A DNA stretch of 64,000 nt from Dehalococcoidia bacterium (GTDB lineage: Bacteria; Chloroflexota; Dehalococcoidia; Lucifugimonadales; CBDCYU01), in contig CBDCYU010000003.1 of NCBI GenBank assembly GCA_965224345.1, positions 683,013 through 747,012 of the forward strand. Reading direction: 5' to 3'. Shown in pieces: positions 1 to 10,946 of this stretch (its first letter is position 1; the number at the start of each line of letters is the position of its first letter). The notes below the pieces were generated by a model, which saw only the letters and a list, made by a program, of their open reading frames with translations, ran no database searches and had not been told where the DNA came from. The position numbers and the translations under genes are program-made.

Positions 1-136
1 ATTGAGCAGTGAGTGTCCCTCTCTGCGCCCATGTGTCCAGGGGAGGAGCCGAGAATCCCGCAAACTGAACTACGATCACGTCCGCGGGCTTCTTACGCTG
101 CCGGGTGGGAAACGGACAATCGGCAGCGCTCTCCGC

Positions 137-1282
137 TCAGTCGCCCGGTTCGTCATTACGCCAGCCGGAGCCGAACACCATCCCGTCGTAGCCGACCACC
201 CAGACGCGTACGGACTCCGTGGTGACCCAGTTGCCCTCTGCGGGGACCTCGAATATATCCGTGCCGAGCAGGTCATTGAGGTCCGTTCCCACCAGTGTTT
301 TGTCGTAGTGGTCTACGATTGTGCCGCTGCTGTCTGCTATGAACGCGAACCATTCCCCTTCTACGGTCTCGGCGCTGTTGTAGTAGTCGATGGTCGCTGC
401 CAATCCTGAATAAACGCTCTCGGGGCCGGTGAAGTATGCGATGGTCGCTTCCAGTCCCGCCGAACGGAACTTGCTGACGGCGGCGAACACCAGGGACTTG
501 GTGAATTCGTCGGCGTTGACATACCAGCCGGAGGCGAACAGCAGCCCGTCGTGCTTCACAACCCAGGCGTTCTTGAGCTGCATGGCCCCGGTGTTGTCGG
601 AACCGAGTCCGCCGCTCTCCGGGTTCCTGTATACGTAGGACACCCACTTGCCGTCCTCGGTGGCAGAAAGCATCTCCGGCCCGAAGTTGTACCCGTTGGC
701 GTCGGTCCCGACCCAGCCCTTCAGGTCAAGCCTCAGGCGGTGAGGGTCAGGATGCCCGATGACCAGGTCGTTCTCATCGACGATGAACACATACCACTGG
801 CCGTCGATGCTCTCCTCCCGGTTGTAGTGGGCGAGGGTGGCGTCGAGTCCCTGGGTGTCGTACCTGCTGATGGCCTTGTCTACGAAGAACTTGGTGTACT
901 CGATGGGGCTGGACCTAGATGGGATGGAGGCCACCACGCCGCGCGCTATCCGCTCGGCCTCGGCGGAGGTGAGTCCGGGCTGCGGGTCGGGGATGGCTGC
1001 GATGGCGGCTTCGACTATCTGCTCGACATCTTCTTCGGACAGCCCCGGTTCGGGCTGGGGCATGTCCGCCAGCGCCGCCCGGATGGCCTCCTCGACATCG
1101 GCTGAGGTGAGTCCGGGCGCGGCTTCGGGCGGCGCCGGCGCGCCGGCCATCTCCTCGCGCACTATCTCCTGGACCTCGGCGCGGGACAGCCCGGCGTCTC
1201 CATTGCCGCAGGCGACGAGGAGAATGGGAAGCAGGACGGCCAGCGCCGCCAATGCCAGTATGCTCAGCTTCCGGTAAGTCAT
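137..1282 (-). CDS. Lipoprotein with four Pro/acidic helical repeats and two Cache-like sensory domains
   Basis: Lipobox LLVAC. Repeats GL(S/T)xxEVxxI..P. Cache-like motifs WYVFIVDENDLVIGHP, GKWVSYVYRNP, KNAWVVKHDGLLFASGWY, then a shorter second copy ending DGMVFGSGW. Confidence 0.75.
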   Translation of the reverse strand: MTYRKLSILALAALAVLLPILLVACGNGDAGLSRAEVQEIVREEMAGAPAPPEAAPGLTSADVEEAIRAALADMPQPEPGLSEEDVEQIVEAAIAAIPDPQPGLTSAEAERIARGVVASIPSRSSPIEYTKFFVDKAISRYDTQGLDATLAHYNREESIDGQWYVFIVDENDLVIGHPDPHRLRLDLKGWVGTDANGYNFGPEMLSATEDGKWVSYVYRNPESGGLGSDNTGAMQLKNAWVVKHDGLLFASGWYVNADEFTKSLVFAAVSKFRSAGLEATIAYFTGPESVYSGLAATIDYYNSAETVEGEWFAFIADSSGTIVDHYDKTLVGTDLNDLLGTDIFEVPAEGNWVTTESVRVWVVGYDGMVFGSGWRNDEPGD

Positions 1283-1326
1283 AGGCCCCTCTGTTTTCTG
1301 CGGGATTGCGGTCTACTACGCTACAG

Positions 1327-4300
1327 CTACAGCCCGCCATCCTCGCTGCTGCGGTCGGCCTTCAGGCGCGGGTAGTCGCTGGCTGTGCCGAAATCCCAGG
1401 GGTCGTCGACCACCCCGTCGCCGTCCAGGTCTGTGTTCCAGCTGGCGTAGATCCCCGTATAGTCGGTGGGGGCCTTCAGGGCGGCGGTGGTCTGGGAGTA
1501 GGGCGGTGAACTCACCGGGTTGACGTCGCCGTTGTAGTAGACGCCAGCGGTGGCCAGGTCGGTCTGGTGGTAGGTATGGCCCACCACGCCGTGGACCAGA
1601 TTGTCGCCAGTCACAGTGCCCAGTGCGTAGACGCTATGCACGGAGCCTTCGTTGCTTCCCACAACGCCGCCCACGTGCTTGGCTCCTTGTACGCTTACCT
1701 CGGTCCAGGCCGCCTTCACGTAGCCCTGGTTGCTGCCGACCAGCCCGCCGGTTTGGCCGCCGCCGGTCACCGCGCCGGTGGCGTAGCTGGCGGATACCCG
1801 GGTCTGGTTTCCTTGCATAAAGCCCACCAGCGCGCCTGCGTCATGGCTGGTGGTGGCTACGTTGGCGTTGGGTAGCCCCACGTGATGTATGTAAGCGGAG
1901 CCGCCGATCTGGCCGAACAGCCCTACGCGTTTCTGCTCCCGGTCGATGTACAGGTTGGAGATGGAGCGGCCGTTGCCGTGGAACTCCCCGGTGTAGGCTC
2001 CGGAGCCGTTTCCGATGGGTTCCCAGCCGGCGCCGTCGTTCCAGTAGGGGTCGGCGGGACCGACGCCGGCCCGGCCCTTGGTGTCGAAGTCCAGGTCGGT
2101 GGCAAGCTCATAGCCTTTGCAGGTTTCCGGGCAGCCCAGCCCCGCCAGGTGGTCGGGGTAAGCCTGTTGGTACTGCCGGGCGTCCAGTTCGTCGTATTCG
2201 CCGTTTCCGTCCAGGTCGTAGCGCACGGCGTTCAACTGGTCTAGGTTGGTCACTTCGATCAGGTTGTCATCGTCGGTGTCGTAGTCCTCCAGGTTACCTA
2301 TGATGTCCCCCGGGTTCTGGCCCTCGAACTCGTCGCGGGTGAACCGGCCGTCGCCGTTGCGGTCCGCCTTCAGCCTGGGATAGCGTCTTTCGGTCCAGAA
2401 GTCCCAGGGGTCGTCTGAGGCGCCGTCCCCGTCCAGGTCCACGTCCCAGTTTTCGTAGATGCTGGTGTAGTCCGTGGGCGTTGCCAGCTCCGCCTTGGTC
2501 TTGGCGTGTGTGTCGTCGATATCCGGGTTGATGTCGGAACGGAAATAGACCTCGTTCAGGACGCCGCCGTCGGTCCAGCCCACCACGCCGTGGATTCGGT
2601 CGCTGCCGGATACCGTGCCCAGGGAATAGGCGGCGCTGACTTCGCCCCCGTTGTGGCCGACCAGTCCGCCCACGTGCTTGGCGCCGTGTACGGCTGCCTC
2701 CGCCCAGTTAGCCCTCACGTAGCCCTGGTTGCTGCCCACCAGCCCGCCGGTCTGGCCGCCGCCGACCACCGAGCCGGTGGCGAAGTTGGCGGACACCCGG
2801 GCCTGGTTGCCTTTCACAAAGCCCACCAGCGCGCCTACGTCATGGCCGGTGGTGGTTATATTGACGTAGGGCAGCCCTACATGATGTATGTAAGCGGAGC
2901 CGCCGATCATGCCGAACAGACCCACGCGTTTCGCCCCCCGGTTGATGTACAGGTTGGAGATGCTGCGGCCGTTGCCGTCGAACTCCCCGGTGTAAGCGCC
3001 GTCGTCGTCGTGGCCGATGGGACGCCAGCCCGCGCCGTCGTTCCAGTAGGGGTCGGCGGGGCCGACGCCTGCCCTGCCCTTGGTGTCGTGGTCCAGGTCG
3101 ACACTCAGTTCGTAGCCCTTGCAGGTTTCCGGGCAGCCCATGTTGTACGCGGCGTTGGGGTAGGCCCGCAAGTACCGGCCGATCTCGGTCGAAGGGGCGC
3201 CGTCGCCGTCCAGGTCGTAGCGGATGGCGTTGAGCTTCTCCCAGTTGGACACATAGATGAGGCCGTTGTCATTCCGGTCGTAGTCCTTGCCTCCTCGCCG
3301 CTGGCGGCCAAACTCCTGCCAGGTGGCAACGCCGTCGCCGTTGCGGTCCGCCTTCAGCGCCGGCAATTCGCCGGACGTGCCGAAGTCCCAGGGGTCGTCC
3401 AGGGAATAGACCCCGACCGGAAGGCGGTCCGTGTCCACGTTCCATTTGGCGTAGATGCCGCTGTAGCCTGTGGGATCTTTCAGCGCCGATAGTGACCTGG
3501 AGTAGGGAAAGTGGTCCACCTGATAGCGGTCGGAGTTATAATAGACGCCGGTGCTTTCCAGGTCCTTCTGGTTCTCGGTATAGCCCACGACGCCGTGCGT
3601 ATCACTGGAGCCGCTCACCGTGCCCAAGGCGTAGACGCTCAGTATGGCGCCGCTGTTTTCGCCCACCACGCCGCCCACGTCGTCGCCTCCGGTCACGACC
3701 GTGTCGGTCCAGGAGGCTACCACCCAGCCGTTGCTGTCGCCGACCAGACCGGCGGTCTCATCGCCGCCGGCGACTCGGCCGGTGGCGTAGCTGGCGGACA
3801 CCGCTCCCGAACTGGTATTTAAATGGCCCACAAGGGCCGCGGTCCAACCGCCGCCGGTAATGTTGACGTTGAGCAGGCCGACATGATGGATAAAGCCGCT
3901 GCCTGTAATCTCGGCGAACAGCGCAACATGGCCGCCGCTGCGGTTGATGTACAGGTTGGAGATGGTGTGGCCGTTGCCGTTGAACTCGGCGGTGTAGCCG
4001 TTGTTTCCATCGCCAATTGGGTCCCAGCCGGCGCCGCCGTTCCAGAAGAGATCGCCGGCATCGGGCTGGCCGTTGCCGTTGGTGTCGAAGTCCAGGTCGG
4101 CGACCAGCTCGTAGCCCTTGCAGCCCGTGTCGGGACAACCCATGCCGGAGGCGGTGTTGCGGAAGGCGGCGGTGTAGCTGGCAAAAGTGCCGCCGGTCCA
4201 GCCGCCGCCGTCCAGGTCGTCGCGGATGGCGTTGAGCTGCCACAGGTTGGACACCTCGATGAGGCCGTCGTCGTCGGTGTCGTAGTCAACGTCGGACTGG

Positions 4301-4335
4301 GCGAAGACGATCCCTCCGGCGAGCAGAGTCGCCAA
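1327..4335 (-). CDS. Large secreted GLUG-motif repeat protein with three tandem ~330-aa modules; true start probably ATG 4393 via a 1-nt frameshift
   Basis: Three copies of DYDxxDxxLIxVxNxxxLNAxRxDLDG...GCPxTCKGYEL...GGLVG/GLVG...DDPWDF...PxLKADR. Asp-rich DxDxDG motifs. Confidence 0.75.
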   Translation of the reverse strand: MATLLAGGIVFAQSDVDYDTDDDGLIEVSNLWQLNAIRDDLDGGGWTGGTFASYTAAFRNTASGMGCPDTGCKGYELVADLDFDTNGNGQPDAGDLFWNGGAGWDPIGDGNNGYTAEFNGNGHTISNLYINRSGGHVALFAEITGSGFIHHVGLLNVNITGGGWTAALVGHLNTSSGAVSASYATGRVAGGDETAGLVGDSNGWVVASWTDTVVTGGDDVGGVVGENSGAILSVYALGTVSGSSDTHGVVGYTENQKDLESTGVYYNSDRYQVDHFPYSRSLSALKDPTGYSGIYAKWNVDTDRLPVGVYSLDDPWDFGTSGELPALKADRNGDGVATWQEFGRQRRGGKDYDRNDNGLIYVSNWEKLNAIRYDLDGDGAPSTEIGRYLRAYPNAAYNMGCPETCKGYELSVDLDHDTKGRAGVGPADPYWNDGAGWRPIGHDDDGAYTGEFDGNGRSISNLYINRGAKRVGLFGMIGGSAYIHHVGLPYVNITTTGHDVGALVGFVKGNQARVSANFATGSVVGGGQTGGLVGSNQGYVRANWAEAAVHGAKHVGGLVGHNGGEVSAAYSLGTVSGSDRIHGVVGWTDGGVLNEVYFRSDINPDIDDTHAKTKAELATPTDYTSIYENWDVDLDGDGASDDPWDFWTERRYPRLKADRNGDGRFTRDEFEGQNPGDIIGNLEDYDTDDDNLIEVTNLDQLNAVRYDLDGNGEYDELDARQYQQAYPDHLAGLGCPETCKGYELATDLDFDTKGRAGVGPADPYWNDGAGWEPIGNGSGAYTGEFHGNGRSISNLYIDREQKRVGLFGQIGGSAYIHHVGLPNANVATTSHDAGALVGFMQGNQTRVSASYATGAVTGGGQTGGLVGSNQGYVKAAWTEVSVQGAKHVGGVVGSNEGSVHSVYALGTVTGDNLVHGVVGHTYHQTDLATAGVYYNGDVNPVSSPPYSQTTAALKAPTDYTGIYASWNTDLDGDGVVDDPWDFGTASDYPRLKADRSSEDGGL

Positions 4336-4445
4336 GGCAACGATTGTCAGGGCCAGGAGGGCCCGCAGCCAACCGGGAAAGCGGGGTGTTCATGTGATCA
4401 GTCAATTCAGTCCTCCCAAACTATCTTTCAATGGCAGAGTCCGCT

Positions 4446-4788
4446 CTACGCCCAGGCTGTGGTGGCCGGGACCAGCCTGCCATGCACCGGGTCCACCACC
4501 AAGAGTATAGGCCCCCAGCAGAGCCCGGGCGTTATCCTCTCCAAAGACCACCAAGGTGGGAATGCTCCTCCCGTCGATGGTGGCCATTGCTTCCCCCATG
4601 TCGTACTCCACGGGACGGCCGTCGGCCAGCACGAGGCTGATCTTGTCGATGGGCGACACCCCCAAGTCCGACAGCAAGTTGGCGGGCACGATGGTGTAGC
4701 TGGCGCCGGTGTCCACCATCGCCTCTATCTCCAACGACCGTTCGCCGTCCATACTGTCGAGCCGGATAGGCCAGTTGAAAACGCCCAA
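4446..4788 (-). pseudogene. Clan AA (retropepsin-like) aspartyl protease, frameshifted near the C-terminus
   Basis: Catalytic motif AMVDTGASYT and flap LADGR. After LLGAYTL the family-typical tail LVVDPVHGRLVPATTAWA* is in another frame (TAG 4448-4446). Probable TTG start at 4788 after a purine-rich stretch. Confidence 0.7.
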
Positions 4789-4871
4789 CTCCTTCGCCTC
4801 CCTTGAGCCGCGTATAAGGCGCACATCTACAGGTGAGATTTTACCATTTCCAGCTTGCTGTGGTCTATTGC

Positions 4872-5036
4872 CCCAAATCCCCCACCTAAACCGAACCGAC
4901 GATCTGATCCAGTATCTGATTCAGCCCTGAAGACGGGGCCTTCTCTTCACCTGCTGGGTGAAAGAACGAATTGTCAAAAATGACCAATTTAGCTACAAAA
5001 CTCAACCGCATCGCCAATTTAGGTGGTGGATTTGGG
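4872..5036. mobile_element. 165-bp MITE-like element or internally deleted IS
   Basis: 19-bp terminal inverted repeats CCCAAATCCCCCACCTAAA (4872-4890) and TTTAGGTGGTGGATTTGGG (5018-5036), 18/19 match. AT-rich interior, no transposase, no target duplication visible. Confidence 0.75.
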
Positions 5037-5563
5037 CATAGCGTAAGGTCTGCCCGAAGCTTCAGAGCCAACTCATGCTGAAAGCCTTCGAATCCAAATC
5101 GTCCAAAGAAGCGTCTGATGTTCTCATGGCGCGGACTTGCAAAGCTACCGATGAAAGTGTCTGCCGACAATGGTGGAGAAAAATCGATGCTGCTATCCCA
5201 TATGTGAGTGTCACGATTGAGAAAATCGACTATCTTTGATCCAATAGCGTCGGCGTCTTCGGTTCTACGGATGCCCTGAATCAAGTCTCGCGAGAGGAAG
5301 TACCTGAACCCAAGTGACATCGCGGTCTTGGGCACATCCCCTTCACCGATGCGAATGATCGCAAGGCTAGCCAACTCCTCCACATACCCTTCCACGTGAC
5401 TACACAGGAGCACGACACCGCTCCTACAGAGTGCCCTAACACGCGTAGAGTATGGTGGGGCGGCCCGTCTGCTGTTTGCAATATCGCTCGCTAGGCGGGT
5501 AATTGCATCGACTTCGTCAAGCCTCGCAATCAATTTTGAGTAGGCGCCGGAGTATCTAGACAT
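5037..5563 (-). pseudogene. HEPN-family protein (MAE_28990/RiboL-PSP-like), 3'-truncated at the MITE; ORF reads on to 4886
   Basis: N-terminal HEPN-type helix LCRSGVVLLCSHVEGYVEEL. The frame enters the MITE TIR after RADLTLC and no RxxxxH motif follows. Confidence 0.6.
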
Positions 5564-5581
5564 GCATGACTATGTTGAGAA

Positions 5582-6679
5582 TCAGAATAGACCAGACGTT
5601 ACTCTCTCTGACCACAACTCAAAGCGTCGCATCGTCCTTGATTTATGATCAATGGAACGTGTAATGAGATCCGCGAACTCATCATCTTTGATTAGAGCAG
5701 TGTATCGTCGGTAGAATTCAGTTGCCTCCCTCTCCACAACGCTCTTGCGAACTCCTTTAAGGCTGTACATCGTGAGATCCATAAGCGCACGATTGATTAC
5801 TTGACGTCCATCCAACGGGAGACGACGAAAACACTCGTTCGGATCGAATACCAAGAGGCAGTTACGGATCGCTCTGTGCCACACTGATGCTAGTCTGTCG
5901 ATCTCCTCATTCGAATAGCCGCGGCCTCCATTGGCGACATCGTTCAGCCAGTTTTTCTGCGGTGTCCTGTAGCCGTCGAGGTCGAGGATGTGAAAGGCAA
6001 AAAAGCGCAGGATGAGTTCTTCATCTCTCATACGCTTGTCGGGGTGCCTTCTGTTTAGGATCTTCAACCATGGCCGGTGGGTCGCAAGTCTACCAAGAAG
6101 GTCAACCAGCGAACCTCGAGAGATACTGTTACGTAACTCTTGGGAATTGAGGGGCATCGTATTGGTATTGAGCCGTTCGAATACTTCAAAACGGATGTCC
6201 GGATGTGAGTCGTTGGTGACAATGACACATCGTAGAGTGTATGTCTCGATTTTGCGGCGCCACCTCAATGGCAACTGGTGGAAGCGTTTCCCGTTCAGAT
6301 CCTTCAATACATCGAGATTCACTAGGCTGAACTCGTTTTCGGTGAACCGATAGATGGAATAGATCCTCTGCTGGCCGTCAATAACCTCAAGGGCGAAGTT
6401 ACAATCTTGGGCTAGGTAGCAGGGTGGAATCGGAACATCGAGCAGTATAGACTCGATAAGGCGGGAGGCGAGGCGATTCGGCCATACGTACCGCCGTTGG
6501 AACTTCGGCCTGTCGCTCAATTGGCGAAGATGAACAGTCCCGTCCCTGATTTGCGCTAGCAACGAAGATACAACTAGGTCGTAGGGCTGGGTCACCAGCC
6601 TATGGCTCGAAACGGTCCGCTCTTCAGGGTCTCGCTCGTGCTCGGCCTGCTCGTCCTCATAGAGCCGTTGAGTTACCAT
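5582..6679 (-). CDS. DUF262 (ParB/Srx-like, GmrS-type) domain protein
   Basis: PKFQRRYVW, LIESILLDVPIP, VIDGQQR, EVFERLNT motifs. Lower GC than the flanks. Confidence 0.88.
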   Translation of the reverse strand: MVTQRLYEDEQAEHERDPEERTVSSHRLVTQPYDLVVSSLLAQIRDGTVHLRQLSDRPKFQRRYVWPNRLASRLIESILLDVPIPPCYLAQDCNFALEVIDGQQRIYSIYRFTENEFSLVNLDVLKDLNGKRFHQLPLRWRRKIETYTLRCVIVTNDSHPDIRFEVFERLNTNTMPLNSQELRNSISRGSLVDLLGRLATHRPWLKILNRRHPDKRMRDEELILRFFAFHILDLDGYRTPQKNWLNDVANGGRGYSNEEIDRLASVWHRAIRNCLLVFDPNECFRRLPLDGRQVINRALMDLTMYSLKGVRKSVVEREATEFYRRYTALIKDDEFADLITRSIDHKSRTMRRFELWSERVTSGLF

Positions 6680-6898
6680 GTCCTAAGGCCTTCCGATATA
6701 TGTCCATGGAGTTAGATGATGGCAGACGGTCGTCTGCACAGCCGATTATACCATCCTGGTTGAATGTGGTGGTGCTTGGAGTTCCAACAGGACTCCGTCG
6801 TTCAACCGTCCCATTATGTTGTATTTGGCTCTTCAATTCTCGATAATGGTATGGAATGTAGTCGGCGCTCTCACCCTCATCCAAAAGGAGGAACCCCA

Positions 6899-7483
6899 GT
6901 GCCTCGCCAGCAGGTTGTTCTTCGCCCGGTGTCCAGAGAGGACGTGTCGCGCATCCGGCGGTGGCTGGAAGACGAGGAGATATCAGAGAGCTGGTTTGGG
7001 CGCTACTCCTACGGCGACCCGGCGCACCTGGGCTACCACCCCTCGGAGATGGAGGACGCCTCGGAGGAGACTTGGAACTCCGTCTTCGAGGACCCCGAGC
7101 ACCGGATGCTGTCGATCTACAGCGGTGAAGGGGAGCACATAGGCGAGGTGCATTTCGCCATAGAGGAGTCCCTCGGCGACGGACACTTTTCGATCCTCAT
7201 AGGCCGGAAGGACATATGGCACCAGGGCTACGGCACGGCCGGCACGATAGCTGCGCTGGACCTGGCCTTCAGCGAATATGGTCTGTACCGGGTGTGGGTG
7301 GACATCCCCGAGTACAACAGGGCGGCTCGTACCCTGTTCAATCACCTGGGGTTCGTACACGAGGGCACCCTGAGGCAGAGTCGGCCCCACGAGGGCTCCA
7401 GGTACGACTCCGTGGTGATGGGGATGCTCGCCGCCGAGTACTCCGATCGACGGCCGAGAACCGCGGAGTCCCACACCCTCTGA
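6899..7483 (+). CDS. GNAT family N-acetyltransferase (RimJ/RimL-like)
   Basis: AAGGAGG RBS then GTG. Motifs VVLRPV, WHQGYGT, YNRAARTLFNHLGFVHEGTLR. Confidence 0.85.
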   Translation: MPRQQVVLRPVSREDVSRIRRWLEDEEISESWFGRYSYGDPAHLGYHPSEMEDASEETWNSVFEDPEHRMLSIYSGEGEHIGEVHFAIEESLGDGHFSILIGRKDIWHQGYGTAGTIAALDLAFSEYGLYRVWVDIPEYNRAARTLFNHLGFVHEGTLRQSRPHEGSRYDSVVMGMLAAEYSDRRPRTAESHTL

Positions 7484-7518
7484 CCCCTTCGAGTGCGTGG
7501 ACGCTCCCAGGACCGCTA

Positions 7519-8532
7519 TTAGCCGCTCCGCCTCTTCCCAACCCGCGTCCACAGCGAGTAGGCCACCAGAACGACCATCAGCACGGCAAGGCCTACGGGC
7601 GCCGTATACTCCAGGCGGACACCCTCGAAGGAGCGGGCGAGGCCGTCGCGCCAGGACGGCTGCGGGAGGCCGGTCAGCCTCAGCGAGATCACGTCCCCTT
7701 CGCTATGGTCGGACGTCTGGAGCAGCTGGTACGGGCGCCCACCGACGTCGACGGTCTCCGGGCCGTCCATGCCGGCGCCACTCAGCGTCATCACCTCGGT
7801 GGGCGCTAGGACTCGAAGGTGGTCGAGCCGGTTGCGGAGGGTCCTGGTGAAGCCGGCCTCTCCGCCGCTGTAGGGGAAGGTGTAGGAGTAGGTGATCTCG
7901 TACCGCCCAGGGGAGACGTTGGAGAGCAACGCGAACCCCACGTCCACCTGGACGAAGCGGCTGTCCGGCAGCGTAGTCTCCACGCGCAGGGTCTCGGCGC
8001 CCTCGGGAAGCCCGAACCTGAGGAGCTCCATTGGCGTCGCCCCGGATACGAAGGTGTGGTCCGAGTCGTTGGCAAGCTGGACCAGCTCCAGCACGGATAT
8101 CATCCGGGTCGACTTGTCGGCCCAAGCGAACAGCACGGACGCCGACTCCAGCACCAAGGACTCCTGGGTGTCCACCGCGTCGTAGACGTCGATGACCGTT
8201 GGGGAAGGAGAGCCCTCCGACATCTGGACGGTCGCGCCGTAGACGGCCCCCTGGTAAACGACGGAGACGCCGTACGCCAGCGAGGGGTCGAGCTCGATCC
8301 GCTGGAACCGAAAGCGCCCCTCTTTGTCGGTCAGCGACTCCGGGAAGCTCCCCTGGCCTGCGCCCTCCTGGTGCAGCAGGACCCTGAGGCCCGAGACCTC
8401 TCCGCCGCCCGGCGTACGGTTGGCCACCGTCCCCTCGACGACCGCTGCCGCCTGGCCGCTGGCAATGGCAGCGGTGGAGAGCAGACCGGCTGCTACCAGA
8501 GCCGCGATGGCCCATCTGATCCTGCTCAGCAC
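7519..8532 (-). CDS. Exported, C-terminally membrane-anchored protein at the end of the ccm cluster (carboxypeptidase-regulatory-like N domain)
   Basis: Signal peptide after GTG 8532, which overlaps the upstream stop. VEGTVANRT..TDKEGRFRF beta-sandwich motif. C-terminal TM helix followed by KRR. Confidence 0.65.
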   Translation of the reverse strand: MLSRIRWAIAALVAAGLLSTAAIASGQAAAVVEGTVANRTPGGGEVSGLRVLLHQEGAGQGSFPESLTDKEGRFRFQRIELDPSLAYGVSVVYQGAVYGATVQMSEGSPSPTVIDVYDAVDTQESLVLESASVLFAWADKSTRMISVLELVQLANDSDHTFVSGATPMELLRFGLPEGAETLRVETTLPDSRFVQVDVGFALLSNVSPGRYEITYSYTFPYSGGEAGFTRTLRNRLDHLRVLAPTEVMTLSGAGMDGPETVDVGGRPYQLLQTSDHSEGDVISLRLTGLPQPSWRDGLARSFEGVRLEYTAPVGLAVLMVVLVAYSLWTRVGKRRSG

Positions 8533-8915
8533 TGCCGTCCCTCGCCTGGCGTGCCTGAGGGCGCATCGCCCCGGACCGACGTGCGGGCATGGACCTCCCT
8601 CCTCTCCCGTTCTATCGACTCCAGCATCTCCCTCTCCTGCTGTTCCTCCAGCTCCATGGCCTTCATGACGAGGGCGGCCTCGCTCATGTACAGGTCCCGG
8701 AGGCGATGGTAGTCCTCTTCTGCCATGCGGCCTATGGTCCAATCGAGCTCGGCGCTCTTCAGGCCGCTCAGCGCCGCGTCCCAGCGCAGCTCCAGCGCTG
8801 TCTCAGGGGCATCGTCGTCCGCCGGGAGCTCGTCGTCTCCGAGCCCGCGCAAGAAGGGATAGGCGATAGCGACCGCCGGAATGAGGGCGAGAAGGATCGC
8901 GGTTAGGACCAGCAT
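8526..8915 (-). CDS. CcmI/CycH-like N-terminal-domain membrane protein
   Basis: TM helix ending IAYPFLR, then LKSAELDWTIGRMAEEDYHRLR. Lies directly after ccmF. Confidence 0.6.
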   Translation of the reverse strand: MLVLTAILLALIPAVAIAYPFLRGLGDDELPADDDAPETALELRWDAALSGLKSAELDWTIGRMAEEDYHRLRDLYMSEAALVMKAMELEEQQEREMLESIERERREVHARTSVRGDAPSGTPGEGRQC

Positions 8916-8942
8916 CGCAGAGGGAACGGCAGGACGTGGATG

Positions 8943-10928
<1,986 letters not shown>

Positions 10929-10946
10929 GCTCGGCTCCGTCGGGCA

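Noticed and set aside
1327..4335. Diversity-generating retroelement template/variable repeat pair
   Set aside because: The repeats are in-frame protein modules, differences are not visibly adenine-specific, and no reverse transcriptase is present.
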